Shown here: in pieces, positions 28,690 to 37,256 of the stretch
How the letters are laid out: every line of letters starts with the position of its first letter
How positions within the stretch are numbered: the stretch's first letter is position 1
NCBI GenBank assembly: GCA_965247115.1
Contig: CBDFGR010000003.1
Location: 448,001 to 512,000 of the forward strand
DNA: 64,000 nt
Direction: 5' to 3'
Origin: Myxococcota bacterium
GTDB lineage: Bacteria > Myxococcota_A > UBA9160 > SZUA-336
Notes under the pieces: generated by a model
The model's database searches: none
The model's input: the letters and a program-made list of their open reading frames with translations, nothing else
What the model was told of the DNA's origin: nothing
Position numbers and translations under genes: made by a program

Positions 28690-29499
28690 TCAGTTCCCGT
28701 GGAAGTCGGGCTCGCGGCGCTCCGCCGTCGCGCGCACTCCCTCGCGGAAGTCGTTCGTCTTGCGCAGCCAGTCCTGCTCGACGAGCTCGTGATCGGTGGC
28801 GATCCGGATCCTGTCGGCAAGACCCAGACGCAGCGTGCGGCGAATGGAGCGAACGGCAAGCGGCGCCGAGCCAGCGATCTCCTCGGCGAGCTCCGTTGCC
28901 CTGGGCCGCAGCTCGTCCATCGGTACCAGGTGGTCGCACAGACCGAGCTGGTAGGCTTCCTCACCCTTTACCCGCCGACCGGTGAGCAGCATGTTGGCGG
29001 CGGCTTGCTTGCCGATCAGCTCGGGCAAGGTCACCGTCAAGCCGAAGCCATGGTGAAAGCCGAGACGCGCGAAGTTCGAGCTGAAGCGCGCCTCGGGACA
29101 GGCCACGCGAAAGTCCGGCACCAGCGCAAGCCCGAAGCCCCCGCCGATCGCGGCACCCTGGATGGCGGCCACGACAGGCGTCTCGGTCTCGAACAGGCGT
29201 ACAGCCTCCTGGTACAGGTGACCGCTGCCCTGGCGCCCCGGACCGGGCTCCGCAGCGTCGGCGTTCGCTCCCCCCGAGTCTCCGCCGCCGAGCTGGGCCC
29301 CCGCGCAGAAGGAGCGGCCCTTGGAGGCCAGCACGATCGCGCGGCAGCTCTCCTCGGCGTCGAGCGCGCGGAAGGCATCGACCAGTGAGCGAATCAGGTT
29401 CACGTCGAAGTAGTTGTGTGGCGGCCGCTGGATCTCGACCGTGGCCACGTGGCCCTTCAGGTCGACGGCGACGTCGGCGAACTTTCCGAAGTTGCTCAT
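28690..29499 (-). CDS. Enoyl-CoA hydratase/isomerase family protein
   Basis: SFCAGA, PVVAAIQGAAIGGG, DFREGVRATAERREPDF. Confidence 0.92.
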   Translation of the reverse strand: MSNFGKFADVAVDLKGHVATVEIQRPPHNYFDVNLIRSLVDAFRALDAEESCRAIVLASKGRSFCAGAQLGGGDSGGANADAAEPGPGRQGSGHLYQEAVRLFETETPVVAAIQGAAIGGGFGLALVPDFRVACPEARFSSNFARLGFHHGFGLTVTLPELIGKQAAANMLLTGRRVKGEEAYQLGLCDHLVPMDELRPRATELAEEIAGSAPLAVRSIRRTLRLGLADRIRIATDHELVEQDWLRKTNDFREGVRATAERREPDFHGN

Positions 29500-29595
29500 C
29501 TCTGCTCCCCTCGTGACTCGGCCACCCTAGGGCCGGCGCGGCGTCTTTACAAGCTCGACGACTCGCGGCGACAATCCCCCCTGGGAGGCGTACCC

Positions 29596-30084
29596 ATGAG
29601 ACTCGAAGGCTCGTGCCACTGCGGAGGCGTTCGCTTCCGCCTGAGCTCGGAACATCCCTATCCCTTCATGCTCTGCTACTGCTCGATCTGTCGCAAAACG
29701 GCGGGCGGCGGCGGCTACGCGATCAACCTGAGCGGCGACTTCGGCACGCTGGAGGTGGAGGGACGCGAGCAGCTCCGGATATACCACGCGCTGATTCCCG
29801 ATCCCGACGGCACGAAGCTCCGCGAGAGTCCCGCGGAGCGCAGCTTCTGCGGGACGTGCGGGAGTGCGCTCTGGCTCTGGGATCCGCGCTGGCCGGAGCT
29901 GGTCCACCCCCTTGCGTCGGCGATCGACACGGAGCTGCCACGACCGCCCGAGCGAACCCACCTGATGCTCGAATCGAAGCCGTCCTGGGCCGAGCTGCAC
30001 ACCACCCCGAAGGACAAGCAGTTCCGCAGCTATCCCGAGGAGTCGATCGCCGAGTGGCACGAGCGCCTGGGTCTTTTGCGCTAG
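29596..30084 (+). CDS. GFA/CENP-V family Zn-binding protein
   Basis: GGAGG RBS; GSCHCG, CYCSICRK, RSFCGTCGS motifs. Confidence 0.9.
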   Translation: MRLEGSCHCGGVRFRLSSEHPYPFMLCYCSICRKTAGGGGYAINLSGDFGTLEVEGREQLRIYHALIPDPDGTKLRESPAERSFCGTCGSALWLWDPRWPELVHPLASAIDTELPRPPERTHLMLESKPSWAELHTTPKDKQFRSYPEESIAEWHERLGLLR

Positions 30085-30095
30085 ACGAGTACCGC

Positions 30096-30854
30096 TCAGG
30101 CTCGTGGAACGTGGTCCCGCTCGAGCGACTCTGCGAGCTCGCGAGTCTCGTCCAAGAGCGAGCCGGGCACGAGCTCGTACCGCTCCCCGAACTCGTCGAG
30201 GATCGCGCGTTCGACGCGCTCGGGGTCCAGAGCTCCGAGCTCGTCCTCCAGGCTGCCAACGCTGGCCGGCTCCCAGTCCAGAGCGAGCGCATCGTAGACG
30301 GGCACGAGTACCTCGCGGATCGCTTTGCTGTGCCCGACGACGACCACGCCACCCACGTGTGTCGCCCCGCGGATCACGCGCTGGCCGACACCCATGAGCT
30401 TGCGCGCTCCCCGCGCGTTCACGCTGTGCGCGCCCGGACAGTACTCGCCGGGAACCTCACCCACCCGAGCGTCGACGCCGAGGTTCCGAAACGCGGCGAC
30501 CATGATGTCCGCCAGCTCCGCGAAGTACCGCTCGACGTGCTCGCGCACCCTGGGATCGGGGATCGCCCACGCGAAGGACAGCGTCCTCTCGTGAAAGACG
30601 GCGGCACGCCCTCCAGCAAGCCGCTGGATGGCGGCGAAGCCCTGCAAGCGAGCTTCCCGTACGGCCCGCGCGTAGCCGGGGGCGATCGCATCGCGGCGCC
30701 CGAACGCCACGATGGCATCGGGCCGGTAGAGTCTCAGGCTCTCGGGCTCCGCGCGGAGCGCGACCTGCTGAAGCGTCGCCCGCGACACGGCTGCGTCGAA
30801 GGCGGCGCGCCCGGGATGGGCATCGCGCAGCAGCCGGATGCGACGTCGCTGCAT
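30096..30854 (-). CDS. Lipoate-protein ligase A / octanoyltransferase (BPL/LPL) family protein
   Basis: RLAGGRAAV, GEYCPG, RKLMGVGQR motifs. Confidence 0.85.
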   Translation of the reverse strand: MQRRRIRLLRDAHPGRAAFDAAVSRATLQQVALRAEPESLRLYRPDAIVAFGRRDAIAPGYARAVREARLQGFAAIQRLAGGRAAVFHERTLSFAWAIPDPRVREHVERYFAELADIMVAAFRNLGVDARVGEVPGEYCPGAHSVNARGARKLMGVGQRVIRGATHVGGVVVVGHSKAIREVLVPVYDALALDWEPASVGSLEDELGALDPERVERAILDEFGERYELVPGSLLDETRELAESLERDHVPRA

Positions 30855-30909
30855 CGTGGCAGTATACGCAGGTTGCCCTGCCGGCCCGCTTGCTGAAAGA
30901 ATCCACGCG

Positions 30910-31491
30910 ATGCTGCAAAGGGTGGTGATCCATTACGACTTTGCGTCGAGTCTCTGCTACGTGGCGCACCGCGTGATGGAGAGAATGGGCCCGGTGCTGG
31001 TGGAGCTGGGGCTCGAGCTGCGCTGGAGACCGCTCGACCTGACCATGCTGAGCCACTGGCGGCGCGGTGACGAGATGAGCGACCTCGCCCGCTCGAACAC
31101 CGCGCGCGTCGCCCGCGAGCTCGACGTACCGCTGCGGATCCCGGGCCGCTGGATGGACTCCCGGGCCGCAATGGCCGTCGCGCTGCGACTCGGCGGGAGC
31201 GAACGGGAGCCCACCTGGCGAGAGCGCGTGTGGAGCGCCGTGTACGAGGAGGGTCTGGACCTCGACGAGGAACGGACCGCCGAGCGCCTCGCGCAGGAGC
31301 TCGATCTCGACCTCGACTCGCTGCTCGACGCGCGGGCACTCGAGGCCGTCGAGGTCGAGACGTTGCTGGCAACCGAGGCGAACGTGAGTGGCGTGCCCAC
31401 CTTCATGCTTGGGGAGTGGCCCCTCGGCGGCATCCAGGACGAGCAGACGATGCGCTCTGTCTTCCGCCGCTACGCGGCAACGCGGGGGTGA
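30910..31491 (+). CDS. DsbA-family / HCCA-isomerase (GST-kappa-like) thioredoxin-fold protein
   Basis: HYDFASSLCY N-terminal motif and VSGVPTF cis-Pro motif. Confidence 0.82.
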   Translation: MLQRVVIHYDFASSLCYVAHRVMERMGPVLVELGLELRWRPLDLTMLSHWRRGDEMSDLARSNTARVARELDVPLRIPGRWMDSRAAMAVALRLGGSEREPTWRERVWSAVYEEGLDLDEERTAERLAQELDLDLDSLLDARALEAVEVETLLATEANVSGVPTFMLGEWPLGGIQDEQTMRSVFRRYAATRG

Positions 31492-31543
31492 AGCCGATCA
31501 CGATTCGGATCCCGCGGGGCTTCTTGCGCCTGCCGCTGCACTT

Positions 31544-33172
31544 CTAGAACTCGCTCAAGGAGTGCGCCCGTCCGTCGAGCTGTTCGGGGGTCTCGAGAGC
31601 GAGCCAGCGAGCGAGCGTGGGCGCGATGTCGACCGTGGCCACGCGGCCAGAGCGCTCTGCCGTCTTCACGCCCTGACCCCAGAAGACCAGCGGGACTCTG
31701 CGGTCGTATGCGTAGACGCTGCCGTGCCCCGTGCCCGTGTCGGAGGGCGAGATCAGGCAGGTGCGTTCCAGCTGGATCAAGAGGTCGCCGCTGCGGCCAG
31801 GGACGAAGGAGTTCCGGTAGAGCCTTGCCTGCGCCCCGCTCTCGCTCCGGATCTCGTCTGCTCGCCAGGCGCGCGCGACCGCCGGGACTCGCTCCAGGTA
31901 GGCTTCCGCCACGTCCAGCACGTTCTCGACCGGGATGCCCGCTCGCCTGGAAAGCAGGCGGCGGACGCCGATGCGCGAGCCCGCGATGGTCACCCACTGC
32001 CTCGGCCACGAGAAGACGCCGCCCAGCTCTTTGTGAAGCTCAAAGAAGAGCCCGAGCACCAGCATCCGCAGTCCCGCCCGACCATCCTCCTCGGGACATG
32101 CGAGCCCTCCCTGCCCTGCCAGCCATTCGGGCAGGGGAAGAACGCCGTGGTCGGAGGTGAGCACGACCAGCAGGCTTCCCGCTCCCAGCTCAGCGTTCAG
32201 GAAGTCGAGAAAGCGGTCGAGCTCGCGATCGAGACGCACCAGTGTGTCGCGCGACTCGTGGCTGTAGGGACCGTAGAGATGGCCGACCCGATCCGTGGCG
32301 GACAGCGAGATCGCGAGCAGGTCCGGACCCTCTCCCCGACCGAGCCGCGTTCTCGTGACGAGCTCTCTGGCGAAGCGCAACGTGACCTGATCGAGATAAG
32401 GGGTGGCGTAGAGATTCTCTGCAAACCGCTCGGGGTCTCCGTGCAAGAGCGGATGGCCGCTGGTGCGACCGTACTCCGGAGACTCGCCGGGAAAGTCGTC
32501 CGTCCTCCCGGCGGGCACGCCGCTCGCCACGTCGTGTGTCCACGTCCGGGGCAGGCCGGTGGTGAGCGCAGCGTTGAAGGCCGTCACCCAGGCCGGGCGC
32601 TCGTCCACGTAGTAGCGGCTCGTGGTGAAGCCAACAGCGTCGCTGCGGTTCAGCCAGTAGGCGGCATCCGCGCTCTGTCCACCGAGCATGATGGCGGCTC
32701 GGTCCTTGCCAGAAACGCTGAAGACACGCGTCTCGGGCCGCGCACGCTTCATCCAGTCTCCGAGCGACGTCGAGCGCAGGTGTCGCGGAGAACGGCCGTG
32801 CTCCGCGCCGAACACGAGCGCATCCTCGCGCGGATCCTCGACGCAATAGGTCGGCCTTCCACCCTCACCATCAAGGAAGCGGTTGCCAGGAATTCCACTC
32901 CCCGATGGGTGTCGGCCGGTGACCATGCTGGCGTGTCCCGGACAGGTCTCGGTAGTCGCGTGGTCGAGCCACGCGTTCGTGTAGCGCAGCCCTTCCCTCG
33001 CGATCCGACCGAGCCCTCCTGGCAGGCCCTCGTCGACCCGGTCTGCGCGCAGCTGGTCGATCGACAGCAGCAGCACGAGGCGCGGCAGCTCCGCTGCCGA
33101 AGCCGGGCCCGCGCTGCCGCTCGCCACGAGGAGAAGCGTCGCGAGAGCGCCGCTGAAGCGTACGCGACTCAC
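31544..33172 (-). CDS. Exported alkaline phosphatase superfamily protein (PafA-like)
   Basis: Signal peptide from GTG 33172; IDQLR, TETCPGH (Thr nucleophile), SGKDRAA, D.VGH.YGP, TSDHG, HGS.Y.YD. Confidence 0.9.
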   Translation of the reverse strand: MSRVRFSGALATLLLVASGSAGPASAAELPRLVLLLSIDQLRADRVDEGLPGGLGRIAREGLRYTNAWLDHATTETCPGHASMVTGRHPSGSGIPGNRFLDGEGGRPTYCVEDPREDALVFGAEHGRSPRHLRSTSLGDWMKRARPETRVFSVSGKDRAAIMLGGQSADAAYWLNRSDAVGFTTSRYYVDERPAWVTAFNAALTTGLPRTWTHDVASGVPAGRTDDFPGESPEYGRTSGHPLLHGDPERFAENLYATPYLDQVTLRFARELVTRTRLGRGEGPDLLAISLSATDRVGHLYGPYSHESRDTLVRLDRELDRFLDFLNAELGAGSLLVVLTSDHGVLPLPEWLAGQGGLACPEEDGRAGLRMLVLGLFFELHKELGGVFSWPRQWVTIAGSRIGVRRLLSRRAGIPVENVLDVAEAYLERVPAVARAWRADEIRSESGAQARLYRNSFVPGRSGDLLIQLERTCLISPSDTGTGHGSVYAYDRRVPLVFWGQGVKTAERSGRVATVDIAPTLARWLALETPEQLDGRAHSLSEF

Positions 33173-33194
33173 GCCAACCCGGGCGGAGCGGGGC

Positions 33195-34052
33195 TCAGCC
33201 GCGCTCCGCCACCAGGGTCTGCAGCCGCGCCCACTCGTCGAGGTAGCGCGCGAGGTGGGACCGGTCGGCCTGCCGACTCTCCGTGTGCAGAAGCTCGCGG
33301 AGGCGCTCCTGCTCCAGGGCGTACTCGTCGCTTGTGAAGTGGCCACCGAAGTGCGCGAGCCGCAGCCACAGCAGATAGGTCGTGAGCGCGTCGAACTCGT
33401 TGTACTGCACGATCTTCGCGAGCTCGCCGTCGAGCCACAAGCGCGCGACCTGGCTTCCGTCCACCTCCATCTTGCCCGGGATTCCGGACTGGGTCGCGAG
33501 CTCGTGCAACGACGGCGTTCCCCTGCCAAAGCCAGCGAGAATTCGCTTCAGGTCCACGTTCCAATCGCTGCTGCGAGCGAAGTAGTCAACGCCCTCCCAG
33601 GGCCGCTCTGGCCGCTCGCAGAAAGCCGCCGAGCGCAAGCCAAGAATCGTGCCGCGCTGCAAAAGCAGCTTGAGGTCCGAGTCGATCGAGTTGAAACCTA
33701 CCAGCTGCGGTCGGCGCTGACCGACGGCGTCGAGAAAGGTGCTGACGATGTGGGCTTCCGTGCACTCGTCGTCGGAGGACGGATCGCGGGGCAGGGACAG
33801 CAGGTACAGGGTCACCCCTGTGTCGGTGACGCGCCTCTCGACCGCCGCGATCGAGACCACACGACTGACGGCCAGCTTGAGAAAGGGCGTGGGATCCTCC
33901 GGCGTCGCTCCGCCCCGTTGCCACATGAGCTTCATGATCTCTTCGGGATCGGTCACGGAGTCCGGCACATCGTAGAGCAGACGCCCCGCCAGGGGGTCCG
34001 GGATCCACTCAGCGTCGAAGGCCCACACTCGCTCGGCGACGTACTTGATCAT
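33195..34052 (-). CDS. Predicted 3'-5' exonuclease related to the PolB exonuclease domain
   Basis: ExoI FDAE, ExoII VGFNS...D, GIPGK, ExoIII YNEFD. Confidence 0.85.
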   Translation of the reverse strand: MIKYVAERVWAFDAEWIPDPLAGRLLYDVPDSVTDPEEIMKLMWQRGGATPEDPTPFLKLAVSRVVSIAAVERRVTDTGVTLYLLSLPRDPSSDDECTEAHIVSTFLDAVGQRRPQLVGFNSIDSDLKLLLQRGTILGLRSAAFCERPERPWEGVDYFARSSDWNVDLKRILAGFGRGTPSLHELATQSGIPGKMEVDGSQVARLWLDGELAKIVQYNEFDALTTYLLWLRLAHFGGHFTSDEYALEQERLRELLHTESRQADRSHLARYLDEWARLQTLVAERG

Positions 34053-34136
34053 GCTCGGCCGTCGGGAACGATAGTACCAACCGTCAGGGGCCGCGTCGGG
34101 TGCAACTCGCCAGCATTGAGTCGCTTCTCCAGCCCG

Positions 34137-34541
34137 CTAGGGACTGGCAGCGACGGAGACCGCGAGCCCTAGACGACCCGCGGCACTCATTGCGCTCAGG
34201 CCATCTTCCCAGCGCGTGTCCGCGTCGGCGCGCAGCGTGATGGCAGACGCGTGCGAGTCTGCGAGCGCCTCTTCCAGGCCTCGGAGTCCGCCGGCGATGC
34301 GCCGATCATCCAGCCAGACCTCGGGCTCCCCGGCAGACCTGGGGCGCAGCGTGACATTCAGCGCCGCCGCGTCGGCGCTTCCCAGTGCGTTCGCACTGCT
34401 CTTCGGGAGCTCGATCGGCGGCAGCGTGGTCTCCTGTGCGTGCGACACCAGCCAGACGATCGCCACCATGAGCGCGGCCATGGTGAGGAGCATGATGTCG
34501 GGAGCTCCCTCCAGACCCGTACCGGGATTCCAGCGGCGCAT
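34137..34541 (-). CDS. ExbD/TolR-family protein
   Basis: TM with conserved Asp (PDIMLLTMAALMV), IELPKS linker, TLRAD..T motif; TGATG coupling to the upstream gene. Confidence 0.8.
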   Translation of the reverse strand: MRRWNPGTGLEGAPDIMLLTMAALMVAIVWLVSHAQETTLPPIELPKSSANALGSADAAALNVTLRPRSAGEPEVWLDDRRIAGGLRGLEEALADSHASAITLRADADTRWEDGLSAMSAAGRLGLAVSVAASP

Positions 34542-35293
34542 CAAACGCGCACCTCGCGGACGGGGAGTGCGCTGTCGAGTCGCCGCCACAGAACGTCGCG
34601 GATCCTGGCGTGCCACTCGTCGGGCACAGCTCGGACGAGCTCGAGTCGCAGTGCTTCGGGCTGACGCGCCCGTAGCGCCAGCACCAGCGCCTCGAGCCCC
34701 GCAGCATCGTCACCGAGCGCATTTCCCTCCAGCTCGAAGCTCACTCCTCCCGCGCTCCGCTGGACCTGCACGCGGGACCACGCGGGGTTGAGCGTGGCGA
34801 TCACGAGCGTGGCGATCTGCAGGCCCAGACCCAGGAGCGTGGAGGTCATGGCCGCTCCCAGACCCGCCAGCAGGACGGGAAGGCGCGAGAGAAAGTCGCC
34901 TCCCCCGAGCGCATCAAAGGCAAAGCTCAGACCCCAGACGGTTCCGCAGAGCCCGAGCGCGGCGAAAAGCGGCGCGAGCTGACCCAGCTCTGGTCGTACC
35001 GGAGAGGCCGGCGGCCCGTGACCGTGGCGGGTCCGCAGGGCCCGGGCGGCAAGCCAGCCCACCCGCAAGGCAACCAGGAGCATGGGGACCCAGACCGGCC
35101 CCAGTCTGCCGTTCAGAGCGTCGACCAGGTGAACACCCCCCCGGGCCAGCTCGGTCGCCGAGCCAAGCGCAGGTGCCTCGGGCCCCACGCGCAGCGCGAG
35201 CACGCCGAGACCCCCGAGCACCGCGCCCAGAGCCGCAGAGCGCAGCAGGGGTGCCAGCCACGGGCGGGCCAGCGACAGGGCATCGGCGCTCAA
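34541..35293 (-). CDS. MotA/TolQ/ExbB proton-channel family protein with extra C-terminal domain
   Basis: APLFAALGLCGTVWGL and AGLGAAMTSTLLGL channel helices; TTG start inferred from a TTGA overlap with the upstream stop. Confidence 0.8.
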   Translation of the reverse strand: MSADALSLARPWLAPLLRSAALGAVLGGLGVLALRVGPEAPALGSATELARGGVHLVDALNGRLGPVWVPMLLVALRVGWLAARALRTRHGHGPPASPVRPELGQLAPLFAALGLCGTVWGLSFAFDALGGGDFLSRLPVLLAGLGAAMTSTLLGLGLQIATLVIATLNPAWSRVQVQRSAGGVSFELEGNALGDDAAGLEALVLALRARQPEALRLELVRAVPDEWHARIRDVLWRRLDSALPVREVRV

Positions 35294-35670
35294 CGCGAGC
35301 CCCCGCGGACTCGAAAGACCTCCCCGGCGAGTCCCTTTCCCGGCGCGGGGATGAGACCACTCCACTCCAGCTCGTTCGCGAGCAGCAGCGCGCCCAGGCG
35401 GTCCCGCTCGAGCCCGTGCGGGAGTGTCGTCGTGTGCAGGCGAGCGGGGAGCAACGGGCTCGACGAGCAGGCCACAATGCCGTGCTCGGCCTGCACCAGC
35501 TCGAGCAGCGCGTTTGCGGGCGGCTCCTGCGTGAACCAGTCATGGACTGATTCGACCACGATCGCACGCTGCCAGCCGCGCTTGCCGTTACATGATACGG
35601 TGTCAGCAGTCGCGGTCGACGCCGAGAGCGTCAGCAGCCCTGCCAGGCCAAGTACTCCGATTCGGATCAT
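35290..35670 (-). CDS. Small exported protein, possible stand-alone STN/secretin-N0-like domain
   Basis: GAGGAG RBS, signal peptide ending ATA-D; pattern P..NALLEL.Q..HGI......L.........RLGALL..NELEW. Confidence 0.65.
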   Translation of the reverse strand: MIRIGVLGLAGLLTLSASTATADTVSCNGKRGWQRAIVVESVHDWFTQEPPANALLELVQAEHGIVACSSSPLLPARLHTTTLPHGLERDRLGALLLANELEWSGLIPAPGKGLAGEVFRVRGGSR

Positions 35671-35696
35671 GCGCCTCTCCTCTTGGTTCGTTGGGT

Positions 35697-36656
35697 TCAG
35701 CGGCAGTCGCCCCACTCCACGCAGTCATCGAAGCCATCGAGCGGGTCGGCGGACGCGGTGGTGCCGGAGAACGCCTCCTCTTCGATGTCTTCCAGGACGC
35801 GCCGCGTGGAGTCCTCGATGTCGAGGTCCGGGAGCTCGAGCCCCCGGATCGCTCCGAGCCGCGCAAAGTGAAGCCTCAGCATCTGGTTCTGGGCAGCCAC
35901 CTGGAGCAGCAGGCCCTGGTGATCGAGGGCCCCGCGCAGCGCGCGCGCCTGGTCGATCAGCGAACGGACCACAAAGGTGCGTTCGCGCACCAGCTCGACG
36001 GTCAGCCGGATGCCTTCGGAGGCTTTCGCCCGTCGCAGGTTGCGGTTCAGCACCCGCGACGTCGCCCAGAGGGCCCGGAACCGCGGGTCGTCGCGTGTGA
36101 GCGTGCCCCACTCCTCGAGCACGGCCAGGGCGATGCCTGTTCCCTGCTGCAGCGACCGGAAGGCGGCCTCCGCCTGTACTTCGTTCCCGCTCTGCTCGAG
36201 TCGACCCGAGTGTTCCAGCGCCAGGGCCAGCTTCTCCAGATTCTCGAGGATCGCGCTGCCGTGGACGTCGAAGGAGCGGATCGCGTCGAGGTCGGCAGCG
36301 TGCCGCTCCGCAAGCGCCTCGAGGTAGCGAGACTTCACCTCGATGCGATGCTCCTCCATCACTCGGGCGGCCGGCGAGTCGGGCTCCCGTTGCTCGGGCT
36401 GGAGCTCGCGCCGCTCACGCTCGATGGTGTCGAGCTCCTCCTCGATGCCGGAGATACGGGACTCGGTGAGGGCCCGTCGCGCCTCGATCTCGGTGGACGA
36501 GCTCTGCAGCTCCTCGTAGTGGTCGCTGATCGCCCGGTTCAAGCTGTCGATCTGGTCCAGCGTCTCCTCGTCAAAGGGCACCGCGGGGGCACCCGTCGCA
36601 AGAGAGGGGGTCGTGAGCAGCAGCGCGACGAAGCAGCTGAGCGTCTTGTGGAGCAT
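35697..36656 (-). CDS. Exported alpha-helical coiled-coil protein of unknown function
   Basis: AGGAGG RBS, signal peptide, heptad-rich E/R/L composition, C-terminal CVEWGDC. Confidence 0.75.
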   Translation of the reverse strand: MLHKTLSCFVALLLTTPSLATGAPAVPFDEETLDQIDSLNRAISDHYEELQSSSTEIEARRALTESRISGIEEELDTIERERRELQPEQREPDSPAARVMEEHRIEVKSRYLEALAERHAADLDAIRSFDVHGSAILENLEKLALALEHSGRLEQSGNEVQAEAAFRSLQQGTGIALAVLEEWGTLTRDDPRFRALWATSRVLNRNLRRAKASEGIRLTVELVRERTFVVRSLIDQARALRGALDHQGLLLQVAAQNQMLRLHFARLGAIRGLELPDLDIEDSTRRVLEDIEEEAFSGTTASADPLDGFDDCVEWGDCR

Positions 36657-36713
36657 GGTTCCTCCTGATGTCCGCCGAGAGAAGTTCGGATCAAGCACCG
36701 TCCCCACGTTCGG

Positions 36714-37256
36714 TCAAGGAAGCCCGCGAGCGCGGTACTCCCGCTCGTAGCGCAGCACGCGCGCGATATAGGAACGAGTGCTCGTCGGCACCGACGCAAG
36801 TCCGCGCCCTGCGCGTTCGGGTCCCGCGTGGTAGGCGGCCAGCGCGAGCCTCACGTTTTGGAAGCTCTCGAGCTGGTCCGCGAGGTAGCGCGCGGCGCCG
36901 TCGAGGTTCTGGGCGGGGTCGAACGGATCGCGCACCGCGAGCGCGTCCGCCGTCTTGGGCATCAGCTGGCCCAGCCCCTGCGCCCCGGCGACCGATACGG
37001 CCTTCGGATCGAAGCCACTCTCCGTGCGCACCAGCGCCGCCAGTAGCGAGCTCGAAAGACCGTGGCGTCGGGCGGCCGTGCGGATCTCCAGAGCAAAGGG
37101 CACGTGCACGGTGGGCGCGACGACGGGTAGCCACTGGCCCCGAGCGATGCGCTGCAGACGCGCCAGCGCCGCGCGGTCAGACGCGTGCGCCGGCGCTGAC
37201 AGGCCCAGGACCAGGAGGATCCCGACAGCGAAGAGGCGGAGAGGGATGAGCCTCAT
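36714..37256 (-). CDS. Lytic transglycosylase (SLT domain), exported
   Basis: Signal peptide; VRTESGF (catalytic Glu), AVS.AGAQGLGQLMP.TA, ALAAYHAG. Confidence 0.93.
   Translation of the reverse strand: MRLIPLRLFAVGILLVLGLSAPAHASDRAALARLQRIARGQWLPVVAPTVHVPFALEIRTAARRHGLSSSLLAALVRTESGFDPKAVSVAGAQGLGQLMPKTADALAVRDPFDPAQNLDGAARYLADQLESFQNVRLALAAYHAGPERAGRGLASVPTSTRSYIARVLRYEREYRARGLP

Noticed and set aside
34137..35293. Zorya (ZorAB) or flagellar MotAB assignment for the motor pair
   Set aside because: The B subunit is ExbD-like with no OmpA-type peptidoglycan-binding domain, the A subunit lacks a long ZorA tail, and no zorC/D/E or flagellar genes are adjacent.
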